Part shown: piece by piece, positions 1 through 10,216 of the stretch
Numbering within the stretch: the first letter of the stretch is position 1
How the letters are laid out: each line of letters opens with the position of its first letter
DNA from: an uncultured bacterium
GTDB lineage: Bacteria > Desulfobacterota_D > UBA1144 > Nemesobacterales > UBA2774
Assembly: GCA_963705505.1 (NCBI GenBank)
Contig: CAVPJU010000010.1
Location: 768,001-832,000, forward strand
Length of the DNA stretch: 64,000 nt
Direction of reading: 5' to 3'
The notes under the pieces: model-generated
Database searches by the model: none
What the model saw: the letters and a program-made list of their open reading frames with translations, nothing else
Told to the model about the DNA's origin: nothing
Translations under genes and position numbers: made by a program

Positions 1-319
1 CATCGACAGCGCCATAGACATAATCATTAACCAGCTGAAGAAGGAAACGGACAAGAAAATCAAGTCTAAAAGAAGAAACGGGGCAAAAAATAAAGAAGGA
101 ACCGCCCAGACGCGTTTTACCGCCTCGGAGACCGGTTTCGGAAGTTTTACAAATATCAGGATCAAGAAACTCCCGCCAAAGCCCATGACGGTTGAAGAAG
201 CGTCGTTACAGCTCCAGGTATCGGATGCGAATTTCGTAACGTTCCGGAACAGCGCAAACGATAACATGAACGTGCTGTATATAGACAACAGAGGACAGAT
301 CACCTTAATTGAACCCTAG
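1..319 (+). CDS. hpf: Ribosome hibernation promoting factor (long HPF / sigma54 modulation protein), 5'-truncated by the window edge
   Basis: Not in the ORF track. Hand translation of frame +2 gives IDSAIDIIINQLKK...KPMTVEEASLQLQVSDANFVTFRNSANDNMNVLYIDNRGQITLIEP*, the long-HPF C-terminal signature (KPMxxEEA...FRN...NVLY...LIEP). Usual position upstream of ptsN. Confidence 0.9.
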   Translation, partial: IDSAIDIIINQLKKETDKKIKSKRRNGAKNKEGTAQTRFTASETGFGSFTNIRIKKLPPKPMTVEEASLQLQVSDANFVTFRNSANDNMNVLYIDNRGQITLIEP

Positions 320-336
320 AGTTGATAAGCGGCGCA

Positions 337-798
337 ATGAAAATCTCCGATGTCCTGGAACGAAAAGCGATTATCCCCGACCTCGAGTCCAGATCCAAAC
401 CCGACGTGATCAGGGAGCTCGCGGAAAAATTATCCTCCGTATACCCGAATATAAATGACGAAAAACTGATCGAAGTCCTGCTTGAGCGGGAGAAGCTCTG
501 CAGCACGGCGGTCGATTCCGGTGTCGCGATACCTCACGCAAAGCTGAGCGGGATCTCCGACATCGTCGCCGGATTCGGGAGAAGCATCGAGGGTATCGAC
601 TTCGACTCTCTCGACTCCAAGCCGACTCACCTGTTTATCATCCTCGTCGCGCCTGAGAACTCGATCGGGTCCCATATACAGCTCCTCGCCAGGATTTCCA
701 AGATATTCAAAAACCCGGAGCTGCGCTCGAAGTTAATGACACTCGAATCTCAGGAGGAGATTTACGATTCCATAATCACGGAAGATGCGAAACTTTGA
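337..798 (+). CDS. ptsN: PTS EIIA component, nitrogen-regulatory/fructose type
   Basis: LLEREKLCSTAVDSGVAIPHAK phospho-His motif and GIDFDSLD motif. Lies between hpf and hprK. ATG at 337 preferred over the upstream TTG. Confidence 0.9.
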   Translation: MKISDVLERKAIIPDLESRSKPDVIRELAEKLSSVYPNINDEKLIEVLLEREKLCSTAVDSGVAIPHAKLSGISDIVAGFGRSIEGIDFDSLDSKPTHLFIILVAPENSIGSHIQLLARISKIFKNPELRSKLMTLESQEEIYDSIITEDAKL

Positions 799-1708
799 AA
801 ACGTGAACGCCCTGCTGGTAGAAGAGCTTTACAAATCGTGGGGCAAAGAGCTCGAGATAGAGCTAATAGCGGGCAGGAAGGGGCTTTCACGGGAAATACA
901 TTCCGACAGGATACAGAAACCCGGCCTTAAGCTGCTGGACCCGGACCTGAAACTGGAAGAGGGGACGATTCAAATCCTCGGTAAAACCGAAATAGCCTAT
1001 TTCGAGCGGCTGAGGGAATTGGAAAAAGAGAAAGTAACCAAAATCCTGTCTTCTCAGGATGTCCCCTGCTTCATAATCTCGAAAGAGCTCAATCCAGACC
1101 AGGTGCTCAAGGCATCCTGCAACCAGAGGGATATACCGCTCTTTACGACGAGACTCTATACGGGGAAACTTATCTCTCTGCTCCAGGAAATTTTAGAAGT
1201 GAGGCTCGCCCCTTTTGCCACGGCTCACGGGGTATTGATGGACATACACAGACTCGGGGTCCTGATACTCGGAAAAAGCGGAATCGGCAAAAGCGAGTGC
1301 GCTCTTGACTTAATAAACAGAGGTTCTAAACTGATTTCGGATGACATTGTCGAGATAAGGAAAGTCGGAGCATCGAAGCTGGTCGGAAACGGGCCCGAAC
1401 GGATCAAGCACCTCATGGAGGTCAGAGGTGTGGGTATAATTAATATAAAGGACCTGTTCGGGACTACATCGGTTATGGATAAAAGAGAAATCGACATGGT
1501 TATAGAGCTCGTTCACTGGAACTCGGACACGGAGTATGACAGACTCGGACTGGAAACAAGTAATTATAATATTCTCGGCGTTCAACTCCCCCATTTGGTT
1601 ATCCCCGTCAGTCCCGGCAGAAATATGGCTACCATTATAGAAGTAGCGGCGCGAAATCAATTACTGAAAATGAGCGGAGTCCATTCCGCTCATAATTTCG
1701 ATATTTGA
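785..1708 (+). CDS. hprK: HPr(Ser) kinase/phosphorylase
   Basis: HGVLMDI..GVLILGKSGIGKSE Walker A, ISDD, MEVRGVGIINI and PVSPGRN..IIEVAARN motifs. Confidence 0.95.
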   Translation: MRNFENVNALLVEELYKSWGKELEIELIAGRKGLSREIHSDRIQKPGLKLLDPDLKLEEGTIQILGKTEIAYFERLRELEKEKVTKILSSQDVPCFIISKELNPDQVLKASCNQRDIPLFTTRLYTGKLISLLQEILEVRLAPFATAHGVLMDIHRLGVLILGKSGIGKSECALDLINRGSKLISDDIVEIRKVGASKLVGNGPERIKHLMEVRGVGIINIKDLFGTTSVMDKREIDMVIELVHWNSDTEYDRLGLETSNYNILGVQLPHLVIPVSPGRNMATIIEVAARNQLLKMSGVHSAHNFDI

Positions 1709-1741
1709 TTTAATAATCTCAGCCGCCAAATAAGGACTTAA

Positions 1742-2593
1742 ATGACTAATCTGGTTATTATCAGCGGCGTCTCAGGCTCGGGCAAAAGCACGGCTATGAA
1801 CGTACTTGAGGACCTCGGTTATTACTGCGTCGATAACCTCCCGATGACGCTGCTGCCGAAATTCATCGAACTATGCGATAATTCCCAGGGGGACATAAAT
1901 AAAGTGGCCCTTGCGGTGGATATAAGGGAAGGTGTGTTCTTCGAGGGGGCTCCGGAGATAATTAAAGAGCTTAAGGAAAAAGGCCACCCTATCGACGTAA
2001 TCTTCCTCGATTCGTCGGACACCACGCTGGTCAGGAGATACAAGGAAACCCGGAGAAAACACCCGCTCTCGGTAGACGGGAATATCCTCGAGGGAATCTC
2101 GAGGGAGAGGGAAATGCTGAGAGAACTGAAGGAGCTCTCGAGCTATAACTTAGATACCACCGATTTCAACGTGCATCAGCTTAAAGAGCTGATTAAAAAG
2201 AAATTCGACAAATCGCTTTCCCAGAATTTACTCATCAACATACTGTCCTTCGGATACAAGCACGGATACCCTTATGACGCCGACATGATCTTCGATGTGA
2301 GGTTCCTTCCGAACCCCTTCTTTATCGAGGAACTCAAGGATTTAAACGGTCTCGACGCCGAGATCGTGGAATTCATAATCGGCAAAGAAGATACTAAAGA
2401 GTATATAAAAAAACTCACGGAATTCCTCGAATTCCTCATACCGAGGTACGAAAAAGAAGGGAAAACATACCTCACGATAGCCATAGGGTGCACCGGAGGA
2501 AAGCACAGGTCGGTCGTGATTGCCAAGAAGCTGTCGGAACACTTCAGCCACCTGTCCCCCGTTACCATACACAGGGATATATCAAAGAGCTAA
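1742..2593 (+). CDS. rapZ: RNase adapter RapZ / YvcJ P-loop protein
   Basis: SGVSGSGKS, GYYCVDNLP, ETRRKHPL, FDVRFLPNP and IGCTGGKHRSV motifs. Confidence 0.95.
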   Translation: MTNLVIISGVSGSGKSTAMNVLEDLGYYCVDNLPMTLLPKFIELCDNSQGDINKVALAVDIREGVFFEGAPEIIKELKEKGHPIDVIFLDSSDTTLVRRYKETRRKHPLSVDGNILEGISREREMLRELKELSSYNLDTTDFNVHQLKELIKKKFDKSLSQNLLINILSFGYKHGYPYDADMIFDVRFLPNPFFIEELKDLNGLDAEIVEFIIGKEDTKEYIKKLTEFLEFLIPRYEKEGKTYLTIAIGCTGGKHRSVVIAKKLSEHFSHLSPVTIHRDISKS

Positions 2594-2606
2594 GGAGATT
2601 ATCGGA

Positions 2607-3026
2607 ATGGTCGGTATCGTCGTAGTGACCCATGGAGAACTGGCAAAAGAGCTTATTTCAGCCGTCAATTTCGTGCTTTCATCAAATCCCTCGGTGAAAA
2701 TGGAAGGGGTGTGTCTTCACCCGGACAGGGAATTCGAAACCTTCAAGCAGGAAATAAAAAGCGCTATCAAAAAAGTTAAAGGGAAAGACGGCATCCTGCT
2801 CGTAACGGACATGTTCGGCGGTACTCCGTCTAATATCAGCCTTACATTTCTGGAAGAAAACAACGTGGAGGTAATTTCGGGGGTCAACCTGCCTATGCTG
2901 CTTAAGCTCGCCACGCTTTCGGATAAGGTAAAGCTGGCCGAGGCCGTTAAAATAGCCGAGGCCGCCGGCAGGGACAACATAATCGTCGCAAGCAAGCTCC
3001 TCCACAACAGGAACACCGATAAGTGA
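2607..3026 (+). CDS. PTS EIIA component, mannose/fructose family
   Basis: MVGIVVVTHG, TDMFGGTPSN and SGVNLPMLL motifs. AAGGAG RBS precedes the ATG at 2607. Confidence 0.9.
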   Translation: MVGIVVVTHGELAKELISAVNFVLSSNPSVKMEGVCLHPDREFETFKQEIKSAIKKVKGKDGILLVTDMFGGTPSNISLTFLEENNVEVISGVNLPMLLKLATLSDKVKLAEAVKIAEAAGRDNIIVASKLLHNRNTDK

Positions 3027-3098
3027 GACTTATTCTTTAAGTCCGGCCGTTATTTATTTGAAAAATCACGCTCCTGAATACTATCATGCCCAAAGTAC

Positions 3099-3127
3099 TT
3101 GAAGCGCGGCCCGATAATAGTTAGGTT
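3099..3127 (+). promoter_or_regulatory. Putative sigma70 promoter, probably leaderless, for the gene at 3134
   Basis: TTGAAG(3099)-17 bp-TAGGTT(3122), then 6 nt to the ATG. No Shine-Dalgarno. Confidence 0.4.
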
Positions 3128-3133
3128 ATTACT

Positions 3134-3457
3134 ATGAAGAAGGAAGAGATAGAGAAAGTCATCCAGGCGTGGAAGAACCACCTCCTCGTAGATCAGCTGG
3201 AGGGTTATCAACTGGAAATTGCGGAGGACGTGCCTCTGGAGTTTGCGGCGATAGCTCTCTATCTCGATTCCAAAACCGTAAGAGCGGCGGGGGAGGTGGA
3301 AGAGTTCTATGAAGGTTACAGACAGGCCGCGGTCGATGTGCTTAACCTTATAGGGGTAGAGATTGCGCAGGACGACCAATTGAGGGTTATTTCGCTCTTC
3401 AGGAAAGTATCCGGAGACAGCAAGCAGGAAGAACTGATAAAGCATATCTGGGGTTGA
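3134..3457 (+). CDS. Hypothetical acidic cytoplasmic protein (107 aa)
   Basis: Clean ORF filling the intergenic space with protein-like composition. No motif recognised. Confidence 0.7.
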   Translation: MKKEEIEKVIQAWKNHLLVDQLEGYQLEIAEDVPLEFAAIALYLDSKTVRAAGEVEEFYEGYRQAAVDVLNLIGVEIAQDDQLRVISLFRKVSGDSKQEELIKHIWG

Positions 3458-3519
3458 TACGCGCTGCGGGTTAAAATGCCTCGGAAAAACCCTCACGATA
3501 CTCCATCCAAAAAACCCGA

Positions 3520-4359
3520 ATGAGACTAGCCGACCTATTTGACTGTTTCCTCATCGACCTCGACGGAGTGGTGTACGTGGGGGACAGCCCGACCGAGGGC
3601 TCGGTGGAAACGATAAGCCTTTTAAAGAAAAGCGGGAAAATAGTAATTTTTTTAACGAACGACCCCAGAAAGACCGCAGCCGAATATTCCGAGAAACTCA
3701 GAGGAATGGGGATACCGGTAAGTCCGGGAGACGTCGTTACGTCAGGGATGGCAATCGCGTACCATATCAAGAGTTCTTACGAGGACATAAGCGGCAAGAA
3801 AGCGTACGTCGTCGGAAGCAAATCCTTAAAGAAAGAAATCGAGCTTACGGGGCTCGGTATAGTTGACGGCGAGGAAGCCGTAAACGCAGACTTCGTCATA
3901 GTGGGGGGACATCCCGATTTCCATTATGAGGAAATGAAGCTGGCAACGCTCGCTATCCGGAACGGGGCTGAATTTTTTGCCACTAACCGCGACCCCGCCT
4001 ACCCGTCTCCCGAGGGGCTGATACCGGCGACAGGAGCGATCGTCGCATCCATAGAGACCGCTTGCGGCAAGAAAGCGGTCGTCGCGGGGAAGCCCGAGAT
4101 CATAATGTTCGAAGTGGCGCTTGCCGAGCATCTCCACAGGGACAGAGACAGATTCGCAATCATAGGCGACCGCCTGGATACCGACGTCTCCGGCGGCAGG
4201 AAATCCGGCATATCGACGATACTCGCCCTCTCGGGCTCGACCTCAGAGGAAGATATACGAAATTCAGAAATTAAACCCGACTATGTAATAAAAGACCTCA
4301 GGGATCTTTTGAAAGATACTCCCCGGGTCTTGAACCAGGATGCCCAGAGTCAAAATTAA
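3520..4359 (+). CDS. HAD-IIA family hydrolase (NagD-like phosphatase)
   Basis: DLDGVVY, LTND, GKP and IGDRLDTD motifs. Confidence 0.9.
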   Translation: MRLADLFDCFLIDLDGVVYVGDSPTEGSVETISLLKKSGKIVIFLTNDPRKTAAEYSEKLRGMGIPVSPGDVVTSGMAIAYHIKSSYEDISGKKAYVVGSKSLKKEIELTGLGIVDGEEAVNADFVIVGGHPDFHYEEMKLATLAIRNGAEFFATNRDPAYPSPEGLIPATGAIVASIETACGKKAVVAGKPEIIMFEVALAEHLHRDRDRFAIIGDRLDTDVSGGRKSGISTILALSGSTSEEDIRNSEIKPDYVIKDLRDLLKDTPRVLNQDAQSQN

Positions 4360-5140
4360 CTCGATAGAGTTACATTACGAAATTTCAGGCTACGGACCTC
4401 CCGTCGTGTTCATAAACGGCTTGACAATGGATGTGAACGGCTGGTTATTGCAGGTCGAGCCTTTCAGCAGAAAATACAGGACACTGAGATACGATTGCAG
4501 GGGGCAGGGAGCCTCCGATAAACCCGACGCCGAATATTCCCAGGAACTGCATGCCGAGGACCTGAAGCACCTTCTCGAAAAGCTGGAAATACCGAGAGCG
4601 CATTTGATCGGTCTCTCGAACGGCGGCATGATCGCCCAGCACTTCGCCCTCCTCTGCCCGGAAAAGACGGGAGCGCTCGTATTGGTCGATACGTGTTCAT
4701 ACGTGGACACGATGCTGGAGCTGATAATTATGTCATGGATAAGATCCGCTGAGACCGGCGGGAGCGGACTCAGGTACGACGTGGCCCTGCCCTATCTCTT
4801 TTCGGAATCGTTCACGAAAAAGAACCTCGACAAAATCATGGCGCTGAAGAGTTCGAATTCGGGGATTAACCCCGCGAAGGCGATCATAAACCTGTCTAAA
4901 GCCAGTATAAGGCACGACCTCCGTGACCGTGTTGCGGAAATAAAGGCCCCTACCCTGATTATATCCGGGGATGAGGACATACTCATACCGCCTAAGTATT
5001 CGAGGATACTGAGAGAGAAAATAAAGAACTCGACCCTAGTCACGCTCAAGGGCTGCGGCCATGTCCCTCCGATCGAAAAACCCGAAGAGTTCAACAGCAT
5101 AGTCATGAGTTTTCTAAAGGACTACGACAGCCTCCTTTGA
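4340..5140 (+). CDS. Alpha/beta fold hydrolase (3-oxoadipate enol-lactonase-like)
   Basis: YDCRGQGAS, GLSNGG nucleophile elbow, GDED and GH catalytic motifs. Confidence 0.85.
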   Translation: MPRVKINSIELHYEISGYGPPVVFINGLTMDVNGWLLQVEPFSRKYRTLRYDCRGQGASDKPDAEYSQELHAEDLKHLLEKLEIPRAHLIGLSNGGMIAQHFALLCPEKTGALVLVDTCSYVDTMLELIIMSWIRSAETGGSGLRYDVALPYLFSESFTKKNLDKIMALKSSNSGINPAKAIINLSKASIRHDLRDRVAEIKAPTLIISGDEDILIPPKYSRILREKIKNSTLVTLKGCGHVPPIEKPEEFNSIVMSFLKDYDSLL

Positions 5141-5360
5141 GTCGACAAGGTAAAGACGGCCCGGGCCTCAGACGCCGCCCTCGAACGAAAGAACACTCTT
5201 CACGTACACGGGTTTGCCGACAGACATTATTTAGCGGGGGTCACGCGCCGGTCGGGTATATTATCAATATACTTTTTGGAGACCCTTCAATCGTTACAAG
5301 CTTGAGAAAACGAAGGCTTATCGCGAACAAGAAAATGCGCTCGGCAAGAAGCTTCACTAA

Positions 5361-6302
5361 ATGAACATTAAAAAAGGATTGAGTTCGCTTACTTTCTCGA
5401 ACAATAAGGCCATCTTCTGGATGATACTGGGAGGATTCGATTTCGCGACTATGGGGGCCCTCATCCACGCTCTCGGGGACAAGTGCGACTGGCTGATCCT
5501 GGCTTTCCTCAGGATGCTCATGTCCTTCGTTATTTCACTCATCCTCACGCGGCGCGCGGGCCTTAAGCCTTTCTTGTTCAACAGGCCGCTTTTGTGGCTG
5601 AGGAGCCTTGTTGGCTGCTCGGCTATGATAGCCACGTTCTACGCCCTCACCAGGCTCCCCATCTCCGACGTCGCCGTCATCACCGAATCGAGACCCATAT
5701 GGGTCGCCCTTTTAGCGGGTTTCCTGCTCGGGGAGACGACCGGCAGGAGGATATGGGTATCGATAATATTAGGCATGGCGGGCGTGATATTGGTCGAGCA
5801 GGCGCACCTCATGGACCGGAATATCGCGGGGCTCACGGCGCTTTTCGCCGCCTTCGCGGGCGCCGTGGTTATGATTTTGCTCCGCAAGCTGAGGGATATC
5901 GACCCCAGGATCATCGTTACACACTTCTCGGGGACTGCTGCTGCGATATGTCTTATTTTGATTATCGCCCTCGGTAAAGATTTCGACTTTTCTTTTATGG
6001 AGAAATCGACGAACCTACTCATGCTGGCCGGCGTCGGGGTGTTCGGGACTATCGGTCAGCTCGCCATGACAAAGGCCTTTTCGATCGGCGAAGCTCCGAG
6101 CGTCGCTTCGGCCGGATTCATCCGAGTCGGGTTCTCGGCGGCGTACGATCTATTCATCTGGCAGCATGTCTTTCAAATTACTACACTCCTCGGCGTGGCC
6201 TTAATCCTAGGCTCGACCGGGGGGCTTTTGAAAGCCCCGCAAAGCTCAGATGAAAAGGAAGAGCCCATTGAAGCAAAGGCTCAAAAGATAGAGCCGGGGT
6301 AG
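5361..6302 (+). CDS. DMT/EamA family transporter
   Basis: About 10 hydrophobic segments in two EamA-like repeats (P.WVALLAGFLLGE; GQLAMTKAF). Confidence 0.85.
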   Translation: MNIKKGLSSLTFSNNKAIFWMILGGFDFATMGALIHALGDKCDWLILAFLRMLMSFVISLILTRRAGLKPFLFNRPLLWLRSLVGCSAMIATFYALTRLPISDVAVITESRPIWVALLAGFLLGETTGRRIWVSIILGMAGVILVEQAHLMDRNIAGLTALFAAFAGAVVMILLRKLRDIDPRIIVTHFSGTAAAICLILIIALGKDFDFSFMEKSTNLLMLAGVGVFGTIGQLAMTKAFSIGEAPSVASAGFIRVGFSAAYDLFIWQHVFQITTLLGVALILGSTGGLLKAPQSSDEKEEPIEAKAQKIEPG

Positions 6303-6317
6303 GACAATTCCACACAC

Positions 6318-7313
6318 TCAGTCAAGAGACTTCCACACGAAATTCCCCTTCCTGTCTATGTAGGCCCACCTGCCGTTTCCAAGCTCCACTATCGCGAGCC
6401 CCTGAGAGAAGCTTACCGCCGTCTGGAACTGCGGTTTTATCACGACCTCGCCCCTTTTATTGACGAACCCCCATTTGCCGCCCGACCTCACGGTCGCGAG
6501 CCCTTCTGAGAAATCGCCCACTTCGTCGTATTCCGGCTGGACAATAATCAGTCCGCTCTTGTTTATAAAACCCTGCCTGCCATTTCTCGTTATTGCCGCC
6601 GCGCCTTCATTGAAATGCCTCGCTCCTTCAAAATCCGTTTTGAGCGCTACCTTTCCGTACTCGTCCAGGTATACGAATTTACCGTCTTGAGCGACGCAGG
6701 CGAGTCCGTCCGAATACCCCTCCGCCCACTCGTACTTCGGCTTAATAAACACATCCCCGTTCTTATTTATATAACCCCCCTCACCGTCAACCACTATCAG
6801 AGCGTGGCCGTCCGAGAAACTGAATGCCTTATCGTAGCGGGGCTCGATGACCATCTTGCCATCTTTATTTATATATCCCCACCTTCCGTTGACCTTCACG
6901 CTTGCGAGCCCTTCCGAAAAGGGCTCCGATTTTTCGAATCGGGGCTCGGCGACTATTTTCCCGACCTTGTCTATATAACCGTAACGGCCGTCGATCTTGA
7001 CCTGGGCCCGTCCTTCCGAAAATTTCTGCGCCTCTTCGAACTGAGGGGTTATGACCATGATATCGAACTCATTTATATAACCCCATTTCTCGCCGTCCTT
7101 CACAAGCGCCCTGTCCTCCGAAAAATCGACTGCTCCATCGTACTTATAAGGTATGACCATCTCCCCCTTCTTATCTATAAACCCCCACTTAGTATCATTC
7201 TCCACCGGGAAGAGGGGACCCTTCCCCGACTCTCCGTGGTATTGAGAGCCCGGCGAAGCGCATGACTGAATTATAAGAAGAAGCAGACAAAGTAAAGCGG
7301 CAAATCGTTTCAA
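6318..7313 (-). CDS. WG (KWG)-repeat lipoprotein
   Basis: About 9 tandem ~33-aa repeats FSEGLAxV..xGKWGYInKxG. Signal peptide with lipobox-like IQSC. TTG start at 7313 follows GGGAG. Confidence 0.85.
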   Translation of the reverse strand: MKRFAALLCLLLLIIQSCASPGSQYHGESGKGPLFPVENDTKWGFIDKKGEMVIPYKYDGAVDFSEDRALVKDGEKWGYINEFDIMVITPQFEEAQKFSEGRAQVKIDGRYGYIDKVGKIVAEPRFEKSEPFSEGLASVKVNGRWGYINKDGKMVIEPRYDKAFSFSDGHALIVVDGEGGYINKNGDVFIKPKYEWAEGYSDGLACVAQDGKFVYLDEYGKVALKTDFEGARHFNEGAAAITRNGRQGFINKSGLIIVQPEYDEVGDFSEGLATVRSGGKWGFVNKRGEVVIKPQFQTAVSFSQGLAIVELGNGRWAYIDRKGNFVWKSLD

Positions 7314-7647
7314 TCGAGTCTCCCTGTGTCTTTTAATACAAACGCGCTGACGGTCGCGGTCATCGAGCATACGAACAGGCCATAATGATAAACAAAATGA
7401 CAATTTTTTAAAGGAACACCGGTACGGACCGCCTATTATAAGGTCATACGGGAGCTTCGCAACGATTTATTGATCTCTTCTGTTCGTATTGTGTAGCCGC
7501 GCCTTCCAAATCAAGGGGCGGAATAATTTATAAATCTGCACAAATTTGGACCGGCAGGCAGTCAGAACCCAAAAAGCATAGATTACATCGAACTCGAAAG
7601 AACTTGCTTATTTACTGTGAATACAGAATAATCTGGTAATACGGGTT

Positions 7648-7663
7648 ATAGCGGTACCGCTAT
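7648..7663. promoter_or_regulatory. Perfect 16-bp palindrome, candidate operator in the divergent WG-repeat/Lon intergenic region
   Basis: ATAGCGGTACCGCTAT equals its own reverse complement. Confidence 0.45.
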
Positions 7664-7765
7664 TCGCCATTTTGATTGGACTACGCAAGATGGTAGTATT
7701 TTAGGCTGATTTCGAATTATTACTCATTTATACACAGGAAATAATCCGCACAAAGGGGAATACCG

Positions 7766-10207
7766 ATGAGAAAGGTTCAGGAATTAAAGGCCTCCCAGGT
7801 TTACCGGTTATGCGATTTAAGCCAGCTAAACTTTAAAACGACGGAAGACCTCCCCCCGTGTACCGACTTCATCGGTCAGAAGAGGGCGGTCGAATCGATA
7901 CAATTCGGCATTGGAATGGACTACGCCGAGTACAATATTTTCCTCGTGGGGCCGACCGGAGTGGGGAAGTCGACGACGATAGAGACGATATTGGCCAGAG
8001 TGGCCAAAGCCAAGCCAACACCGAAAGACTGGTGCTATGTATATAATTTTCTGGACCCGAATGAGCCCAAGGCTATAGAGCTGCCGATGGGAAAGGGAAA
8101 GCTCTTTAAAAAGGACATGGACGAGTTCCTCCAGATACTGAAAACGGATATCCCGAGAGCATTCGAAAGCAAGGAATTCGAAGAGCAGAGACAAAACCTC
8201 ATGAACGAATTCCAGAAGAAAAAGAACGTCCTCTTCGAGGATCTCCAGAAAAATGCTGCCGAGAACAATATCCAGATCCAGTTTTCCCCGACCGGGATAA
8301 TCACGATCCCGCTCGTCGAGGGGAAGCCCATCACTCAGGAGCAGTACAACGCGCTCGACGACGCCGCGAAGGAAGAAATCAATAAACGAAAAGAAATTAT
8401 CGACAACCAGGTGGCAGAAGCCATGAAGACGGCGAGGAAGCTTGAGAACGAAGCGGGTGAGAGGCTGAAGGAGCTCGAAAGACGGGTCGCTCTTTTTGCC
8501 GTGCGCGACCTCATAGAAAGCCTGAGTGAGAAATATAAAATTTTTCCGAAGATAATCGATTACTTCGACCAGCTGCAGAAACACATACTGGAGAACATCG
8601 ACAACTTCCTTCCGGACAAGAATATGCAAGCCGCAGGAATGCCCTTCCCTTTCAGGATGCCCCAGCAGCAGCAGCCGACATTTACGGAATACAAGGTTAA
8701 CGTTTTCATCGATAATTCCCTTACCGAAGGGGCTCCCGTAATTTTTGAAGCACACCCTACGTATCCGAACCTTTTCGGCTCGATCGAAAAAGAGGCGAGG
8801 TTCGGAGCGCTTTTCACGGACTTCACGATGATACGCCCGGGCTCACTCGCCAAGGCGAACGGCGGATATATAGTGCTCGAAGCGCTCGACATGTTTAAAT
8901 TCCCATTCGTGTGGGACTCACTTAAGAAGGCCTTAGAGAACCAGGAGCTGAGAATTGAGGACCTCTATCAGCAGTTCGGGTATTCGAGCACCGTCGGACT
9001 CAGGCCCGAGCCTATAAAGCTCGACATCAAAGTGATTGTCGCGGGCAACTCGTATCTCTATCAAATGCTTTACGCGTATGACGAGGATTTCAGGAAGCTC
9101 TTCAAGGTGAAAGCGGATTTCGACTCGGTAGTGGACAGAAACGACGGAACGTTATCCCAGTACTCGTGTTTTATAAAATCTATATGCGACAGGGACGGTC
9201 TTAACCCGTTTGACAGAAGCGGGCTTGAAACAGTGCTCGAGTATTCTTCGAGACTTGCGGGGGATCAGACCAAACTGTCTGTCCAGCTGGGGTCCATAAC
9301 CAAAATACTGAAAGAAGCCGATTACTGGGCCAAGCTCGACAACGGGGAAGGACTCACGAAACGCGTGCACGTCGAGAAGGCGATAGAGGAAAAGATATAC
9401 AGATCGAATTTGGTCGAAGAGAAGATTCAGGAGCTGATTGCAAAAGGGGTTTTGCTCGTGGACACGGAAGGGATGGTCACGGGGCAGATAAACGGCCTTG
9501 CCGTCTATAACATGGGGGACTATGCGTTCGGCAAACCGTCGCGAATAACGTGCGAAACGTTCATGGGGACCGAAGGGGTCGTAAACATCGAGAGGAAATC
9601 GAGAATGAGCGGGAACATACACGATAAGGGCGTACTTATACTGAGCGGCTACATCGGCGCAAAATACGCTCAGAATAAGCCGCTCAGCCTCTCGGCGAGC
9701 ATCGGGTTCGAGCAGAGCTACGAAACGATAGACGGGGACAGCGCATCGGCAGCGGAGCTGATAGTGCTCCTCTCGAGTCTCTCCGGAATACCCGTAAAAC
9801 AGAGCCTCGCAATTACGGGCTCCGTGAACCAGAAGGGCCAGATACAGCCTATCGGCGGCGCAAACGAAAAGATCGAGGGGTTCTATGACGTATGCAAGGC
9901 CAAGGGCATGACGGGCGAGCAGGGAGTCGTTATACCGTACCAGAACGTGAAAAACCTCATGCTCAAGAAGGAGGTCGTGGAAGCGGTCAAAGCGGGGAGA
10001 TTCCATATTTACCCGGTCGAAACTATTGACCAGGCCATAGAGACAATCACGGGCAAAGAGGCCGGGCAAAGGGGGGCCAGCGGAAAGTTCAAGCGTGGGA
10101 CCATCAACTACCTGGTCGACAAGAGGCTCAGGGAATTCGCCGAGGACTACAGGAAGTTCGGAAAACAGCAGGCTTCCAAAAAGACGGACAACTCGAACGA
10201 AAAGTAA
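7766..10207 (+). CDS. Lon-family (LonC/YcbZ-like) S16 protease with AAA-like domain
   Basis: FIGQKRA, GPTGVGKST, coiled-coil insertion, GQINGL, DGDSAS catalytic Ser and GGANEKIEGF catalytic Lys. Confidence 0.9.
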   Translation: MRKVQELKASQVYRLCDLSQLNFKTTEDLPPCTDFIGQKRAVESIQFGIGMDYAEYNIFLVGPTGVGKSTTIETILARVAKAKPTPKDWCYVYNFLDPNEPKAIELPMGKGKLFKKDMDEFLQILKTDIPRAFESKEFEEQRQNLMNEFQKKKNVLFEDLQKNAAENNIQIQFSPTGIITIPLVEGKPITQEQYNALDDAAKEEINKRKEIIDNQVAEAMKTARKLENEAGERLKELERRVALFAVRDLIESLSEKYKIFPKIIDYFDQLQKHILENIDNFLPDKNMQAAGMPFPFRMPQQQQPTFTEYKVNVFIDNSLTEGAPVIFEAHPTYPNLFGSIEKEARFGALFTDFTMIRPGSLAKANGGYIVLEALDMFKFPFVWDSLKKALENQELRIEDLYQQFGYSSTVGLRPEPIKLDIKVIVAGNSYLYQMLYAYDEDFRKLFKVKADFDSVVDRNDGTLSQYSCFIKSICDRDGLNPFDRSGLETVLEYSSRLAGDQTKLSVQLGSITKILKEADYWAKLDNGEGLTKRVHVEKAIEEKIYRSNLVEEKIQELIAKGVLLVDTEGMVTGQINGLAVYNMGDYAFGKPSRITCETFMGTEGVVNIERKSRMSGNIHDKGVLILSGYIGAKYAQNKPLSLSASIGFEQSYETIDGDSASAAELIVLLSSLSGIPVKQSLAITGSVNQKGQIQPIGGANEKIEGFYDVCKAKGMTGEQGVVIPYQNVKNLMLKKEVVEAVKAGRFHIYPVETIDQAIETITGKEAGQRGASGKFKRGTINYLVDKRLREFAEDYRKFGKQQASKKTDNSNEK

Positions 10208-10216
10208 TCCGCTATT

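Noticed and set aside
6318..7313. Periodic DNA similarity suggesting a CRISPR or tandem array
   Set aside because: Explained by ~33-aa WG protein repeats. There are no identical repeats with unique spacers.
7826..10069. Long antisense ORFs (309 and 305 aa) opposite the Lon gene, and similar shadow ORFs elsewhere
   Set aside because: Typical antisense shadows of well-supported genes with no recognisable motifs.
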